Assembly (NCBI GenBank): GCA_034408725.1
Contig: JAWXCN010000166.1
Location: 1 to 14,949 of the forward strand
DNA from: Candidatus Hydrogenedentota bacterium
Lineage (GTDB): Bacteria > Hydrogenedentota > Hydrogenedentia > Hydrogenedentales > SLHB01
Direction: 5' to 3'
DNA length: 14,949 bases
Part shown: positions 1-7,740 of the stretch, one piece after another
Numbering within the stretch: the first letter of the stretch is position 1
Layout of the letters: each line of letters starts with the position of its first letter
Notes under the pieces: model-generated
What the model was told of the DNA's origin: nothing
Database searches by the model: none
Seen by the model: only the letters and a program-made list of their open reading frames with translations
Made by a program: the position numbers and the translations under genes

Positions 1-22
1 ATCTTCTTTGAATTATATTCAA
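1..22 (-). CDS. Possible 5' end of a divergent gene running off the left edge (MNIIQRR...)
   Basis: Minus-strand SD AGAGGAGG (37-30), a 7-nt spacer, then TTG at 22-20, open to the window edge. Only 7 codons are visible. Confidence 0.35.
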
Positions 23-57
23 TGTAAATCCTCCTCTTTTAACCAAGCTCCTTCCCG

Positions 58-66
58 TGTTAGACT
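58..66 (+). promoter_or_regulatory. Extended -10 element (TG-T-TAGACT), probably driving a leaderless mRNA
   Basis: TGTTAGACT ends 7 nt before ATG 74, and no SD precedes that ATG. Confidence 0.4.
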
Positions 67-73
67 TGCAAGC

Positions 74-1075
74 ATGGCCACGCTCTTCATTGCAGTGCTA
101 ACTCTATCCGCCAGCCTGACTTCCGCTGACCTGGCGGTAGTTAGCGGCGTTGTGCCCGGCGAACGCAGGGTCTGCATCGTCAACCTGGACTCTGGCGCGC
201 TCCGTCAAGTCAGTAATGGCCCTTGGGACGGCGCGCCGGCATGGTCGCCGGACGGGAACTGGATTGCGCACGAATGCCTGATGCCGGAGGGGCAGACCGG
301 GATTCGTATTGTGGGAGACGATGGCATCGAGCTGCGCCACCTTACAGTCACGGAAGTTTCCTGCCGGTGGCCCGCATGGTCTCCCGACGGGACGAAACTG
401 GGGTACGCCGCGGGTGCGGGAGAATCGTGGCGGGTCTGGGTACATGATCTCGCGGCGAATACGAGTGTGGCCTGGGGAACAGAAGCGTTGTCGATGATGT
501 CGGGGGTGTGGGCGTCCGACACGGAGATCGTTGGCGTCGCGGCGGTGCGCGCGGACGACGGGCGCACGACGAACCTTTACACCGTCGAAGAAAAAGCGGT
601 ATCGCCGCTGGTGACGACGTGGGGTGGTGGAGCGTTTGTTGAGTGGAGTCCGGCGCCTCATGAGGGAACTGGCTCGATTGCATATGAATCGAATGACGGC
701 GGAGACCGCGAAATATTCGTCGAACGGCCGAGGCGCGGCGTCGTGGATGTCAGCAACCATCACGCGCCGGACTGGAACCCGGTCTGGTCTCCGGACGGTG
801 CATGGCTCGCCTTCGAATCGCTTCGAGGCGGCACGAGGGGAATCTATAAGGTAGCGCCGCAACGCACGCTCGTTTATCCGGTAGCCGCCGACGCCGCGTC
901 GGACAACTGGTCGCCCGCGTGGTCGCCGGATGGCGATTCGATGGCCTTCGTATCCACGCGCGGTGGAAAGCCGGGCGTATACATTTGTGATGCGGACGGA
1001 AGCAACGCGCGAGCAGTGACGCCACCGGAGCGCGAAGACCTCGCGCCTGCGTGGCGGCCGGCGCAGATGAAATAA
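74..1075 (+). CDS. TolB-like / PD40-repeat beta-propeller protein with N-terminal signal peptide (333 aa)
   Basis: Four P[AV]WSPDG repeats plus a terminal PAWRP. Hydrophobic N-terminus MATLFIAVLTLSASLTSA from ATG 74, preferred over TTG 8. Confidence 0.85.
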   Translation: MATLFIAVLTLSASLTSADLAVVSGVVPGERRVCIVNLDSGALRQVSNGPWDGAPAWSPDGNWIAHECLMPEGQTGIRIVGDDGIELRHLTVTEVSCRWPAWSPDGTKLGYAAGAGESWRVWVHDLAANTSVAWGTEALSMMSGVWASDTEIVGVAAVRADDGRTTNLYTVEEKAVSPLVTTWGGGAFVEWSPAPHEGTGSIAYESNDGGDREIFVERPRRGVVDVSNHHAPDWNPVWSPDGAWLAFESLRGGTRGIYKVAPQRTLVYPVAADAASDNWSPAWSPDGDSMAFVSTRGGKPGVYICDADGSNARAVTPPEREDLAPAWRPAQMK

Positions 1076-2043
1076 TGTTGCGGGCCTTGGCAATAGTCTG
1101 GCTTATGTGCGCGGCGTCGATTGCGCGCACCCCGGAAGGTCCGTTGGGGGCGTTGCAGACACCAAACGATGCGCGGCCCGCGCTCTGCGTAGCGGGCAGC
1201 ACGGCTGAGCTTGTTGCGGAACGGCGCGGCACGGTTCATTTGGTGTCGGACGCCGCGCGCCATGCGCTCGCCGCGGAATGGATCGAGCAGCCAAACGGGG
1301 GTGTCGAAGCGCAATGTACGATTCCCAGGGAGGTCCCGCCCGGCGCCTACGCGCTTGAATGGTCGCAGGGCGACGAAATGGATTCCACGCCCCGCGCCGT
1401 GTTCGTGGTTGAGTCCGAACTGGATCGCTACACGTTTGCATGCATCAACGCGAACGCGAAGAATTTTCCCGTACTGGCCGCTTCTTTGGAAACCGCGCAA
1501 CCGCGGTTCGCGGTGGTCTTTGTCGAAGGCGGCGCCGAACAATTCTCCGCTGCGCTTGCTGCGCTTGCGGATTGCCCAATACCAACGTATTTCGTTTGGC
1601 ATTCGGCGCCACCGGACGCGGAGCATTGGGCTGGTCCCGGCACGTATGCGTTTTCCTGCGGACCGGACGAATTCTTCGCGCTCGATTCGGGCCGCGCGGG
1701 TTTGGAAGATTCGATAGGCGCGGCGCCTGGCGTATTCGCGAAACTTCGCAGGGAGCGCAAATCCGCGCGTTGGGCAGTTGCGCTTTTGCATTCCATCGAT
1801 TCCAACATTTCCATGCGAAACGCGATGACGCTTTTCGTGGACGACCCGGTGCATGCCGTCATTTGCGGCGCACCGCCGGCGAACGCGAACGCGCCCACGG
1901 CGATCGAATGGGCGGGGTGGTTTGAACCGGTCCCGGTGTATTCGCCGGAGTCCGATGGCGTCCGGGTATTTTCCGCGTCACTGAAAGACGTTTCGCCTTT
2001 CGTGCCGAAGCCTATTCCACGGGCGGGCATTGCGCCGCGGTAA
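1075..2043 (+). CDS. Exported hypothetical protein; C-terminal region resembles a degenerate calcineurin-like metallophosphoesterase fold (322 aa)
   Basis: TAATG stop/start overlap with the upstream gene, signal-peptide-like MLRALAIVWLMCAAS, and segments IPTYFV, YAFSCGPDEFFALDS, WAVALLH and VHAVICG in phosphoesterase order. Confidence 0.65.
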   Translation: MLRALAIVWLMCAASIARTPEGPLGALQTPNDARPALCVAGSTAELVAERRGTVHLVSDAARHALAAEWIEQPNGGVEAQCTIPREVPPGAYALEWSQGDEMDSTPRAVFVVESELDRYTFACINANAKNFPVLAASLETAQPRFAVVFVEGGAEQFSAALAALADCPIPTYFVWHSAPPDAEHWAGPGTYAFSCGPDEFFALDSGRAGLEDSIGAAPGVFAKLRRERKSARWAVALLHSIDSNISMRNAMTLFVDDPVHAVICGAPPANANAPTAIEWAGWFEPVPVYSPESDGVRVFSASLKDVSPFVPKPIPRAGIAPR

Positions 2044-2057
2044 TCGCGTGCTATACT
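2030..2057 (+). promoter_or_regulatory. Putative sigma70 promoter of the histidine kinase gene
   Basis: TTGCGC (2030-2035), 16 nt, then TATACT (2052-2057) with the TG extension at 2049-2050. Confidence 0.45.
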
Positions 2058-2138
2058 TCGCTGTCCTTATGAGAGGGGGCGCCGCTACCGCTCTGCTTGC
2101 CGGGGAAACGTAAGGGAACCGGGTAACTGTAACGCGGA

Positions 2139-4295
2139 ATGAACAACGACCAATCATCAGCGCCATCGACGGCGTCATCAGCATTGTTGCGGCAAGTGGA
2201 CCACTTGCACACAACCTTGGCGCGTCTTGAAGAAAGTTCGGGGGCGTTGCCCCCGACGGCCGCGGCCGATTTACTGCACCAGGCGTTGGCCGTTTGCCGC
2301 CAGCTCGAACAGGGTATTCGAGGCTCCGCGGACGAACTGGATGCACAACAACTAAAGCTCGCCGACGCGGAAAAACGCGCACAGCTTGCGGACGAGCGGT
2401 TCCATCTCGCGTATGAGGACTGTCCGTTTTCGATGGCCATCGCGAATGTTTCCGAAGGACGTTTCCGGGACGTCAACAAGATGTTTCTCTTCCGCTTGGG
2501 GTATGTGCGTGAGGAGGTCGTGGGGAAAACATCCACCGAACTTGCAATTTTTCCGGATTCACAAGGCCGGCAATGGCTTGTTGACGCGCTCCAGCGCGAC
2601 GGGCGCGCGGAAGGCATTGAACTCATGGCGCGCGGCAAGGACGGCGAATTCCGGTTGGGCCGCATCTATGCGCGCATCGTGTCGTACAACGGCGAGCAAT
2701 GCATCCTGTCGCTGACACAGAGCCTCGACGAGATTCGCGCCGCCGAGTATGAAGCCATACGCTTGCGCCAGTTTTACGAGCAATTATTGGGAGACCTGCC
2801 GGCACAAATAGCGGTCTTTGACGCCGATGGCCGTTATCTCTACATCTCGCCGAGCAGTGTGTTTGATCCCGACCTCCGCGCCTGGCTGATCAACCGCACC
2901 GACTTTGACTACTGCGAGCGGCGCGGCCGTGATCGTTCGATCGCGGAACGCCGGCAGGAATGGCTTCGGTCTGCCGTGTCCAAACGCGAGATTGTCAGTC
3001 AGGAAGAACGGTTCGACTCGCAGGCGGGCGAGCCGCGCCACTTCATCAGGACGTACAAACCTATTGTCGACCGGAACGGCGTGGTGTCACATGTCATCGC
3101 GTACGGACACGACATTACGGACTTCAAACAACTTGAGGAACAGTTACGGCACGCGCAGAAGATGGAGGCGGTTGGCCGGCTCGCGGGCGGCGTGGCGCAC
3201 GACTTCAACAACCTGCTTACCGCGATGATGGGAATCGCCGATTTCATTTTGCCGCAGGTAGCCGGTAACCCTGTCCTCGAATCGGGCATTGCGGAAATTC
3301 AACACGCCGCGGAACGGGCGGCGGCGCTCACGCGCCAATTGCTTGCCTTCAGCCGGCGCGCGCCCGTGCGAAACGTTGCGGTGGACCCGAGCGGCGTGAT
3401 CGATGCCCTGGCCACGATGCTGCGGCGCATCATCGGTGAAAAGGTTTCCCTTACGCTTGCGCTGGACCACGATGTGCCCTGCATCATGGGTGATCCCGGA
3501 CGTCTGGAACAGATCATCATGAACCTTGTCGTGAACGCGCGCGATGCGATGCCCGAAGGCGGCGCGCTGACGATTGAAACCGCGCGCGTCCAAGTCCCGG
3601 TCGATGATGAGGTAAACCAGCCCATGCCGCTGGCCGGGGAGTACGCGCGCATCGCGGTGCGGGATACGGGAGTTGGTATCGATCTTGAAACCAAGCAGCA
3701 CATTTTCGAGCCGTTCTTTACCACCAAGGCAGAAGACAAGGGCACCGGCTTGGGGCTCAGCACGGTGTATGCAATCGTCGAACGCTGGGGTGGGCGTGTG
3801 CAGGTTGAAAGCGAACCGGGTAGCGGCACGGCATTCTTCATCTATCTGCCGTGCGTGGACGAGCACGTCGAGAGCGCGGCGGCAATACCAAAATCTTCGA
3901 CCGGAACCGCGGGGTCGGAAACGGTGCTCGTGGTGGAAGATGAAGACGCGGTGCGCGACGTGGTTTGCCGCATTCTCGGGCGCTGTGGGTACACGGTGCT
4001 TGAGGCCGCGAATGGCGAAGATGCCCTATCCATGGCGGAACACTATACAGGCCCGATCGATATGCTCGTTTCGGACATGGTGATGCCGGGTATGTCAGGC
4101 CGGCAACTTGCCGAACGGCTGCTCGAGCACCGTCCATCCATCGCGATGTTGTTCATGTCTGGGCATTGTGAAGACATGGACGCCGAATTTGTGGCGCAAC
4201 TTCAACCACCGGCGTTTATTCAAAAACCATTTGCATCGACCGAGCTTGCTGTAAAGGTCCGGGAGCTATTGGGACAGTGCCGGGTACCGCAGTAG
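2139..4295 (+). CDS. Cytoplasmic hybrid sensor histidine kinase (coiled coil-PAS-PAS-HisKA-HATPase_c-REC; CckA-like architecture)
   Basis: H-box LAGGVAHDFNNLL, N-box IMNLVVNARDAM, G1 DTGVG, F-box IFEPFFTTK, G2 GTGLGLS. Receiver motifs VLVVEDE, SDMVMPGMSG, FMSG and KPF. Two PAS/PAC-like segments and no TM helix. Confidence 0.95.
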   Translation: MNNDQSSAPSTASSALLRQVDHLHTTLARLEESSGALPPTAAADLLHQALAVCRQLEQGIRGSADELDAQQLKLADAEKRAQLADERFHLAYEDCPFSMAIANVSEGRFRDVNKMFLFRLGYVREEVVGKTSTELAIFPDSQGRQWLVDALQRDGRAEGIELMARGKDGEFRLGRIYARIVSYNGEQCILSLTQSLDEIRAAEYEAIRLRQFYEQLLGDLPAQIAVFDADGRYLYISPSSVFDPDLRAWLINRTDFDYCERRGRDRSIAERRQEWLRSAVSKREIVSQEERFDSQAGEPRHFIRTYKPIVDRNGVVSHVIAYGHDITDFKQLEEQLRHAQKMEAVGRLAGGVAHDFNNLLTAMMGIADFILPQVAGNPVLESGIAEIQHAAERAAALTRQLLAFSRRAPVRNVAVDPSGVIDALATMLRRIIGEKVSLTLALDHDVPCIMGDPGRLEQIIMNLVVNARDAMPEGGALTIETARVQVPVDDEVNQPMPLAGEYARIAVRDTGVGIDLETKQHIFEPFFTTKAEDKGTGLGLSTVYAIVERWGGRVQVESEPGSGTAFFIYLPCVDEHVESAAAIPKSSTGTAGSETVLVVEDEDAVRDVVCRILGRCGYTVLEAANGEDALSMAEHYTGPIDMLVSDMVMPGMSGRQLAERLLEHRPSIAMLFMSGHCEDMDAEFVAQLQPPAFIQKPFASTELAVKVRELLGQCRVPQ

Positions 4296-4299
4296 CTCC

Positions 4300-5301
4300 T
4301 TACTTCCGCGCTGCCTTTGGCGCGCCGGCGCTAATCTGTTCCAGTAACGGAATCAGCGTTGCGTCGATTTGAGCGTCCGTGCCGCCCACTTCCGCCTTGA
4401 AAAGAAACCATTCCTCCACGTGTTCAACAGTGCCGCCCGCCGAACCGATCTTTGAAAGAGGACCCAAGGTCTCTATCTCAAGCATGTCGGCATTGGTAAA
4501 CGTTTCCGTGCTGCAACCGAAGTCCACGTATTCGCCATCTTCGTCGTGGGTGAATCGCTTGATAAAAACGTCTCCCTTCAACGTGTATGCGGCCCAGCCC
4601 CGGGCATTCTTGAAGCCGGCTTTTTGCGACGTGGCCGAAGCGGGGTCCTGCCGCAACTGAATGTATTTGGTTCCCCAGGTCCAACGCGGGTCTTGCATGT
4701 CGGTATAGTGCCAAAGGACCAGCGGCCTTGCGGGCAGCAGGTAGTCATCATGCGCGATGTACGGTTCCTGCGGATAAATGGCGCGGCCTTCTTTCGCCAT
4801 TACCGTCAACGCCCACGGCGCGAGTTTTACGTCCCATTCGTTATGGTTAGTCAGGCGATGCAAAATGGTGATCTTGCTCGATCCGGAGTCAAGCGCGATT
4901 TCCATTTGCTTTTGAATCCCCGTGGATTTTTCGGTGTCCTGCGTCACGCGCAACGTGACGCCATCCCATTCATGTTTCACCGGGGAATTATCGGGCGCAT
5001 AGGTGCGTGGTTTCGCTTCGGGCGCATGCCATAAGCGATGGCCGCCGTAGATGCGCCAGTCTTCGCCGCCGGTTTTTCCCAACATGTCGGGATACTCGTT
5101 CAGCAGGTTCTGGCCACCAATGAAACCGTAGCGCATGATGCGTGGACCGACGTCGGTGATAACTATGGCTTCAACCGTGCCGTTGGACAGTACGATACAG
5201 TTTGGCCAGCCGCCGTAAGCTTTTTTCTCCATCGTCACTTCGGAGTGCGCCGGCGACACGAGCGCCAGGCCGATAAACGCAAATAAAAAAATTCGCCGCA
5301 T
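4300..5301 (-). CDS. Exported conserved hypothetical protein, probably a galactose-mutarotase/aldose-epimerase-like beta-sandwich
   Basis: SD GGAGG, signal peptide MRRIFLFAFIGLALVSPAHS, and motifs LSNG-VE-DVGPRI, YGGHRLWHAPE, EIETLGP and HVEEW. The fold assignment is from memory. Confidence 0.7.
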   Translation of the reverse strand: MRRIFLFAFIGLALVSPAHSEVTMEKKAYGGWPNCIVLSNGTVEAIVITDVGPRIMRYGFIGGQNLLNEYPDMLGKTGGEDWRIYGGHRLWHAPEAKPRTYAPDNSPVKHEWDGVTLRVTQDTEKSTGIQKQMEIALDSGSSKITILHRLTNHNEWDVKLAPWALTVMAKEGRAIYPQEPYIAHDDYLLPARPLVLWHYTDMQDPRWTWGTKYIQLRQDPASATSQKAGFKNARGWAAYTLKGDVFIKRFTHDEDGEYVDFGCSTETFTNADMLEIETLGPLSKIGSAGGTVEHVEEWFLFKAEVGGTDAQIDATLIPLLEQISAGAPKAARK

Positions 5302-5414
5302 GGATTTGTTCCTCCCCTCGTCTACATGGATGCACCGCCCCTACTCTACACAAAGTGAGCTCCGGCATCGAAACGCGGGACAGCAAGGGCATTCGCGCTT
5401 AACTGTGAAGCGAC

Positions 5415-5663
5415 TTTGCCCAGGAAATAGAAAGCGGAAGCTACCCGTTGCCGCACTCCAAGGCCCGCGCGGATTTTAGACGTCGTTTGGCCGCGCGAAG
5501 CGCCTTGGACTGCGGTGTGTCAGCGCCGCTTTCACTTCGGGGTACTCGAAACGCTCCATAATTTGAAGGCTTCAGGACCACGAATCTAAACCAGCGCAGT
5601 CGCGAATCGCGAACAATTTTGCCCAGGAAATGGAAAGCGGCAACACCTGCCGAACTCAAAGGC
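5415..5663. repeat. Cluster of three REP-like units (GAAAGCGG-N-CCGcAcTCcAAGGC): 5430-5464 (+), 5502-5533 (-), 5633-5663 (+)
   Basis: Units 1 and 2 are inverted relative to each other. Units 1 and 3 share TTTGCCCAGGAAAT[A/G]GAAAGCGG (5415-5437 vs 5618-5640, 22/23) and 14/16 nt at their 3' ends. Units 1 and 2 have an internal GCGG...CCGC stem, which is degenerate in unit 3. Confidence 0.75.
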
Positions 5664-5682
5664 GGGGGGCGAATGTCGCATC

Positions 5683-6693
5683 TTACGAATTTAAAGGAAA
5701 CGGCATCAGGACTTTTTCGTGTTCGACGGGCTTGGCCGGTACAAACGGGTCCGCAAAGATTTCCTTCAGACTCGCGCCCATTAGGAAGGTCTGCTTTTGT
5801 AATTTCTTCACGAGATCGGGGTGGCCGCAGAGATATACACGGAATCCTTTTAATGCGAGCAATATCTCCGGCACGTGAGCATCGATGGGGCCGAGGTGCA
5901 TGCCAGCATCGACATCGCCTTCGAGGACACAAGGGTGATAATGAAACTGAGGCGCGCGCTCGGCCAATGCGCGCAAACGATCCACGAGATACAACCCCGC
6001 CTTTCGAACGCTTCCGTGAAACAGGTGAATTGGGCCGTCATGCCCCTGCCGCAGCGCATCGGTGAGAATCCCCAGCAGCGGGGCCAATCCCGTGCCTGTG
6101 CCCACGAGCAGCAATGGTTGTGTTGTGTTTCCGGGCACATAAAAACAATTGCCGTGCGGCCCCAACAACTCGACGGAGTCGCCTGGTTTTGCGCGCTCAT
6201 GCACCCAACCGCTCATAGCGCCTCCCGGCACGCGCGCCACGTGCAACGCGAGGGTGTCGTCTACACCTGGAATACTGGCCAGTGAATAGCTGCGGACAAT
6301 TCCATCGGGATTGACGAGGTTCACAAATTGGCCTGGCCGGTAGTCGAACGTATCCGCGCAACGCAACCGCACCTCGCTGACTGAGTCGTTCAACAACTGT
6401 AGTTTCGCAATTGTGGCCACGCACCGGAAACCCGCGCCTGGTCGGCCGATCACCAGCCGCTCCTCCGGTATGCACATGCACGCAAGGAAATAACGCTGAA
6501 CGCGCAAAGTATCGCGCAGTCCCGCCTGCGCTTTGGCCGGTGGTGAACCCTCGAGCGCCTGCATCATGCAGGTCTGACAAATACCGCTGCGGCAGGAGCT
6601 GCGCACGTCTTTGCCGGCCGCTTCCAGCGCATCGAGAACAGTGGCCCCCAGCGGGAGGTGCAGGATCTCCCCCTCGAAAACTATTTCGCCCAT
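5683..6693 (-). CDS. [2Fe-2S]/FAD/NAD(P)H ferredoxin reductase-type protein, putative globin reductase
   Basis: Plant-type Fe-S motif CRSGICQTC...LAC, FAD motifs RSYSLAS and GGAMS, NAD motifs GTGTGLAP and YLCG. Starts 2 nt after the globin stop. Confidence 0.9.
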   Translation of the reverse strand: MGEIVFEGEILHLPLGATVLDALEAAGKDVRSSCRSGICQTCMMQALEGSPPAKAQAGLRDTLRVQRYFLACMCIPEERLVIGRPGAGFRCVATIAKLQLLNDSVSEVRLRCADTFDYRPGQFVNLVNPDGIVRSYSLASIPGVDDTLALHVARVPGGAMSGWVHERAKPGDSVELLGPHGNCFYVPGNTTQPLLLVGTGTGLAPLLGILTDALRQGHDGPIHLFHGSVRKAGLYLVDRLRALAERAPQFHYHPCVLEGDVDAGMHLGPIDAHVPEILLALKGFRVYLCGHPDLVKKLQKQTFLMGASLKEIFADPFVPAKPVEHEKVLMPFPLNS

Positions 6694-6695
6694 TG

Positions 6696-7085
6696 CTACA
6701 CCGATGCGGGAGCTGGCGCGCGGTTTAAGACGTCGTTTCGGGTAGTCTCCACAAGGTCAAGCACCTGCTGAATCAGATGGGCCGGCACCGATAATTCGTT
6801 CAGCGCCTTAACAAGATTTTCTTTTACCGCATCGAAATGGGTATCGTTCAAGCCACGTTCCACCATTTTGGCATGACCGGTACGCAAATCAGCGCCGGTA
6901 TAGGCGTGTGGTCCGCCGAAGGCCATCGTCATGAATGCATGCTGCTTCGCGGCCTGTTTTTCCATATCGATGTCTTCAAACCAGAAATTGATGCGGTCGT
7001 CCTGCAATACGTACCGGTAGAAAATATCGACCGCCTGCTCTACGGCAGCCTCCCCACCGAGCGCTTCAAAAATAGATTTCGACAT
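6696..7085 (-). CDS. glbN: Group I truncated (2/2) hemoglobin, trHbN/GlbN type (129 aa)
   Basis: LGG motif, FY (B9/B10), CD1 Phe, KQAAKQ (E7/E11 Gln), GGPxxYTG, proximal His in RTGH, and HFDAV. ATG 7085 is preceded by SD GGAGAG. Confidence 0.93.
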   Translation of the reverse strand: MSKSIFEALGGEAAVEQAVDIFYRYVLQDDRINFWFEDIDMEKQAAKQHAFMTMAFGGPHAYTGADLRTGHAKMVERGLNDTHFDAVKENLVKALNELSVPAHLIQQVLDLVETTRNDVLNRAPAPASV

Positions 7086-7123
7086 AAAGACCCTCTCCAA
7101 TGTAAATAGCCCCGCGATCCGAG

Positions 7124-7146
7124 AACATATATCTAACATATAGCTT
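7124..7146. promoter_or_regulatory. Candidate NsrR operator (11-1-11 imperfect inverted repeat AACATATATCT-A-ACATATAGCTT)
   Basis: 8/11 arm symmetry. The minus strand AAGCTATATGTTAGATATATGTT resembles the AAGATG(C/T)ATTT-N-AAAT(G/A)CATCTT NsrR-type site. It overlaps a candidate glbN promoter (TTGAAT 7158-7153, 17 nt, TAGATA 7135-7130). Confidence 0.65.
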
Positions 7147-7170
7147 AATGGAATTCAAGCGGCGCCTTCG

Positions 7171-7179
7171 TGCTACACT
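7171..7179 (+). promoter_or_regulatory. Extended -10 (TG-C-TACACT) of nsrR, probably leaderless
   Basis: Ends 6 nt before ATG 7186, with no convincing SD. Confidence 0.45.
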
Positions 7180-7185
7180 TGGATC

Positions 7186-7647
7186 ATGCAACTGACCCTT
7201 TATACCGATTACGCGTTGCGCGTACTCCTCTACCTTGCGTTGCATCCTGAAGGCGCAACTATCGCGGAGATTGCCTCGCGCTATCGGGTGTCGCGAAATC
7301 ATCTCGTGAAAATTGCGCACAATTTGGGCAAGCTGGGGTTGTTGGAAACCAAACGCGGACGCAACGGCGGCTTGCGCCTGACGCGATCGCCCGGCCAACT
7401 GAACCTGGGCGAAATCGTGCGGCTGGTGGAACCGAATTTTCATATCGTGGAATGCTTCGATAGGAAACGGAACGCCTGCTCGATTGCGCCGGCATGCGGC
7501 ATGCGCGGCGCGTTTTACGAGGCACAACAAGCGTTTCTCCAAACACTGGATCGGTATACGCTCGCGGATTTTACTCCGAACGGCGACGAACTTCGGAAGC
7601 TGCTGCGCAGACGCGCGGCGCCACCGTCACTAGCCCGGGAAGCATAG
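7186..7647 (+). CDS. nsrR: Rrf2-family NO-sensing transcriptional repressor (NsrR-type)
   Basis: MQLTLYTDYALRVLLYLA, SRNHLVK and RGRNGG, three conserved Cys (IVECF, NACSI, APAC) and AFLQTLDRYTLAD. Divergent from a globin. Confidence 0.88.
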   Translation: MQLTLYTDYALRVLLYLALHPEGATIAEIASRYRVSRNHLVKIAHNLGKLGLLETKRGRNGGLRLTRSPGQLNLGEIVRLVEPNFHIVECFDRKRNACSIAPACGMRGAFYEAQQAFLQTLDRYTLADFTPNGDELRKLLRRRAAPPSLAREA

Positions 7648-7740
7648 CGCTTCGACGCCGAAGTCATTCAAGCCAATCCCCGGCTATGGCGTTTATTTGA
7701 TGTGAGAAGGAGTTGCGATAGACATTGCGGAGGTAGGCGC

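Noticed and set aside
74-1075. Assigning tolB as part of a Tol-Pal operon
   Set aside because: It lacks the TolB N-terminal domain and no tolQRA or pal genes are adjacent within the window.
104-2030. Long antisense ORFs (104..1093, 874..1854, 1428..2030) and similar shadow ORFs across the window
   Set aside because: They lie opposite or out of frame to well-supported genes, are Arg/Pro/Ala/Ser-rich with no motifs, and are expected in GC-rich DNA.
2069-2113. 14-codon uORF (MRGGAATALLAGET) in the kinase leader
   Set aside because: No SD, no regulatory codon run and no attenuator structure seen; likely chance.
5415-5663. CRISPR array or tRNA interpretation of the repeats
   Set aside because: Only three degenerate units in mixed orientation with irregular spacing, no cas genes, and no cloverleaf or T-loop consensus.
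5441-5932. ORFs 5441..5932 (-), 5619..6065 (+) and 5630..5878 (+) spanning the repeat region
   Set aside because: They overlap the reductase gene and translate REP-like DNA, with no SD or protein motifs.
7650-7663. Hairpin CTTCG-ACGC-CGAAG after the nsrR stop as a terminator
   Set aside because: Short stem with no U-tract, so too weak to call.
7697-7710. FNR/CRP-like half-site TTGAT upstream of the operon
   Set aside because: The second half (ATCAA) is absent (TTGATGTGAGAAGG).
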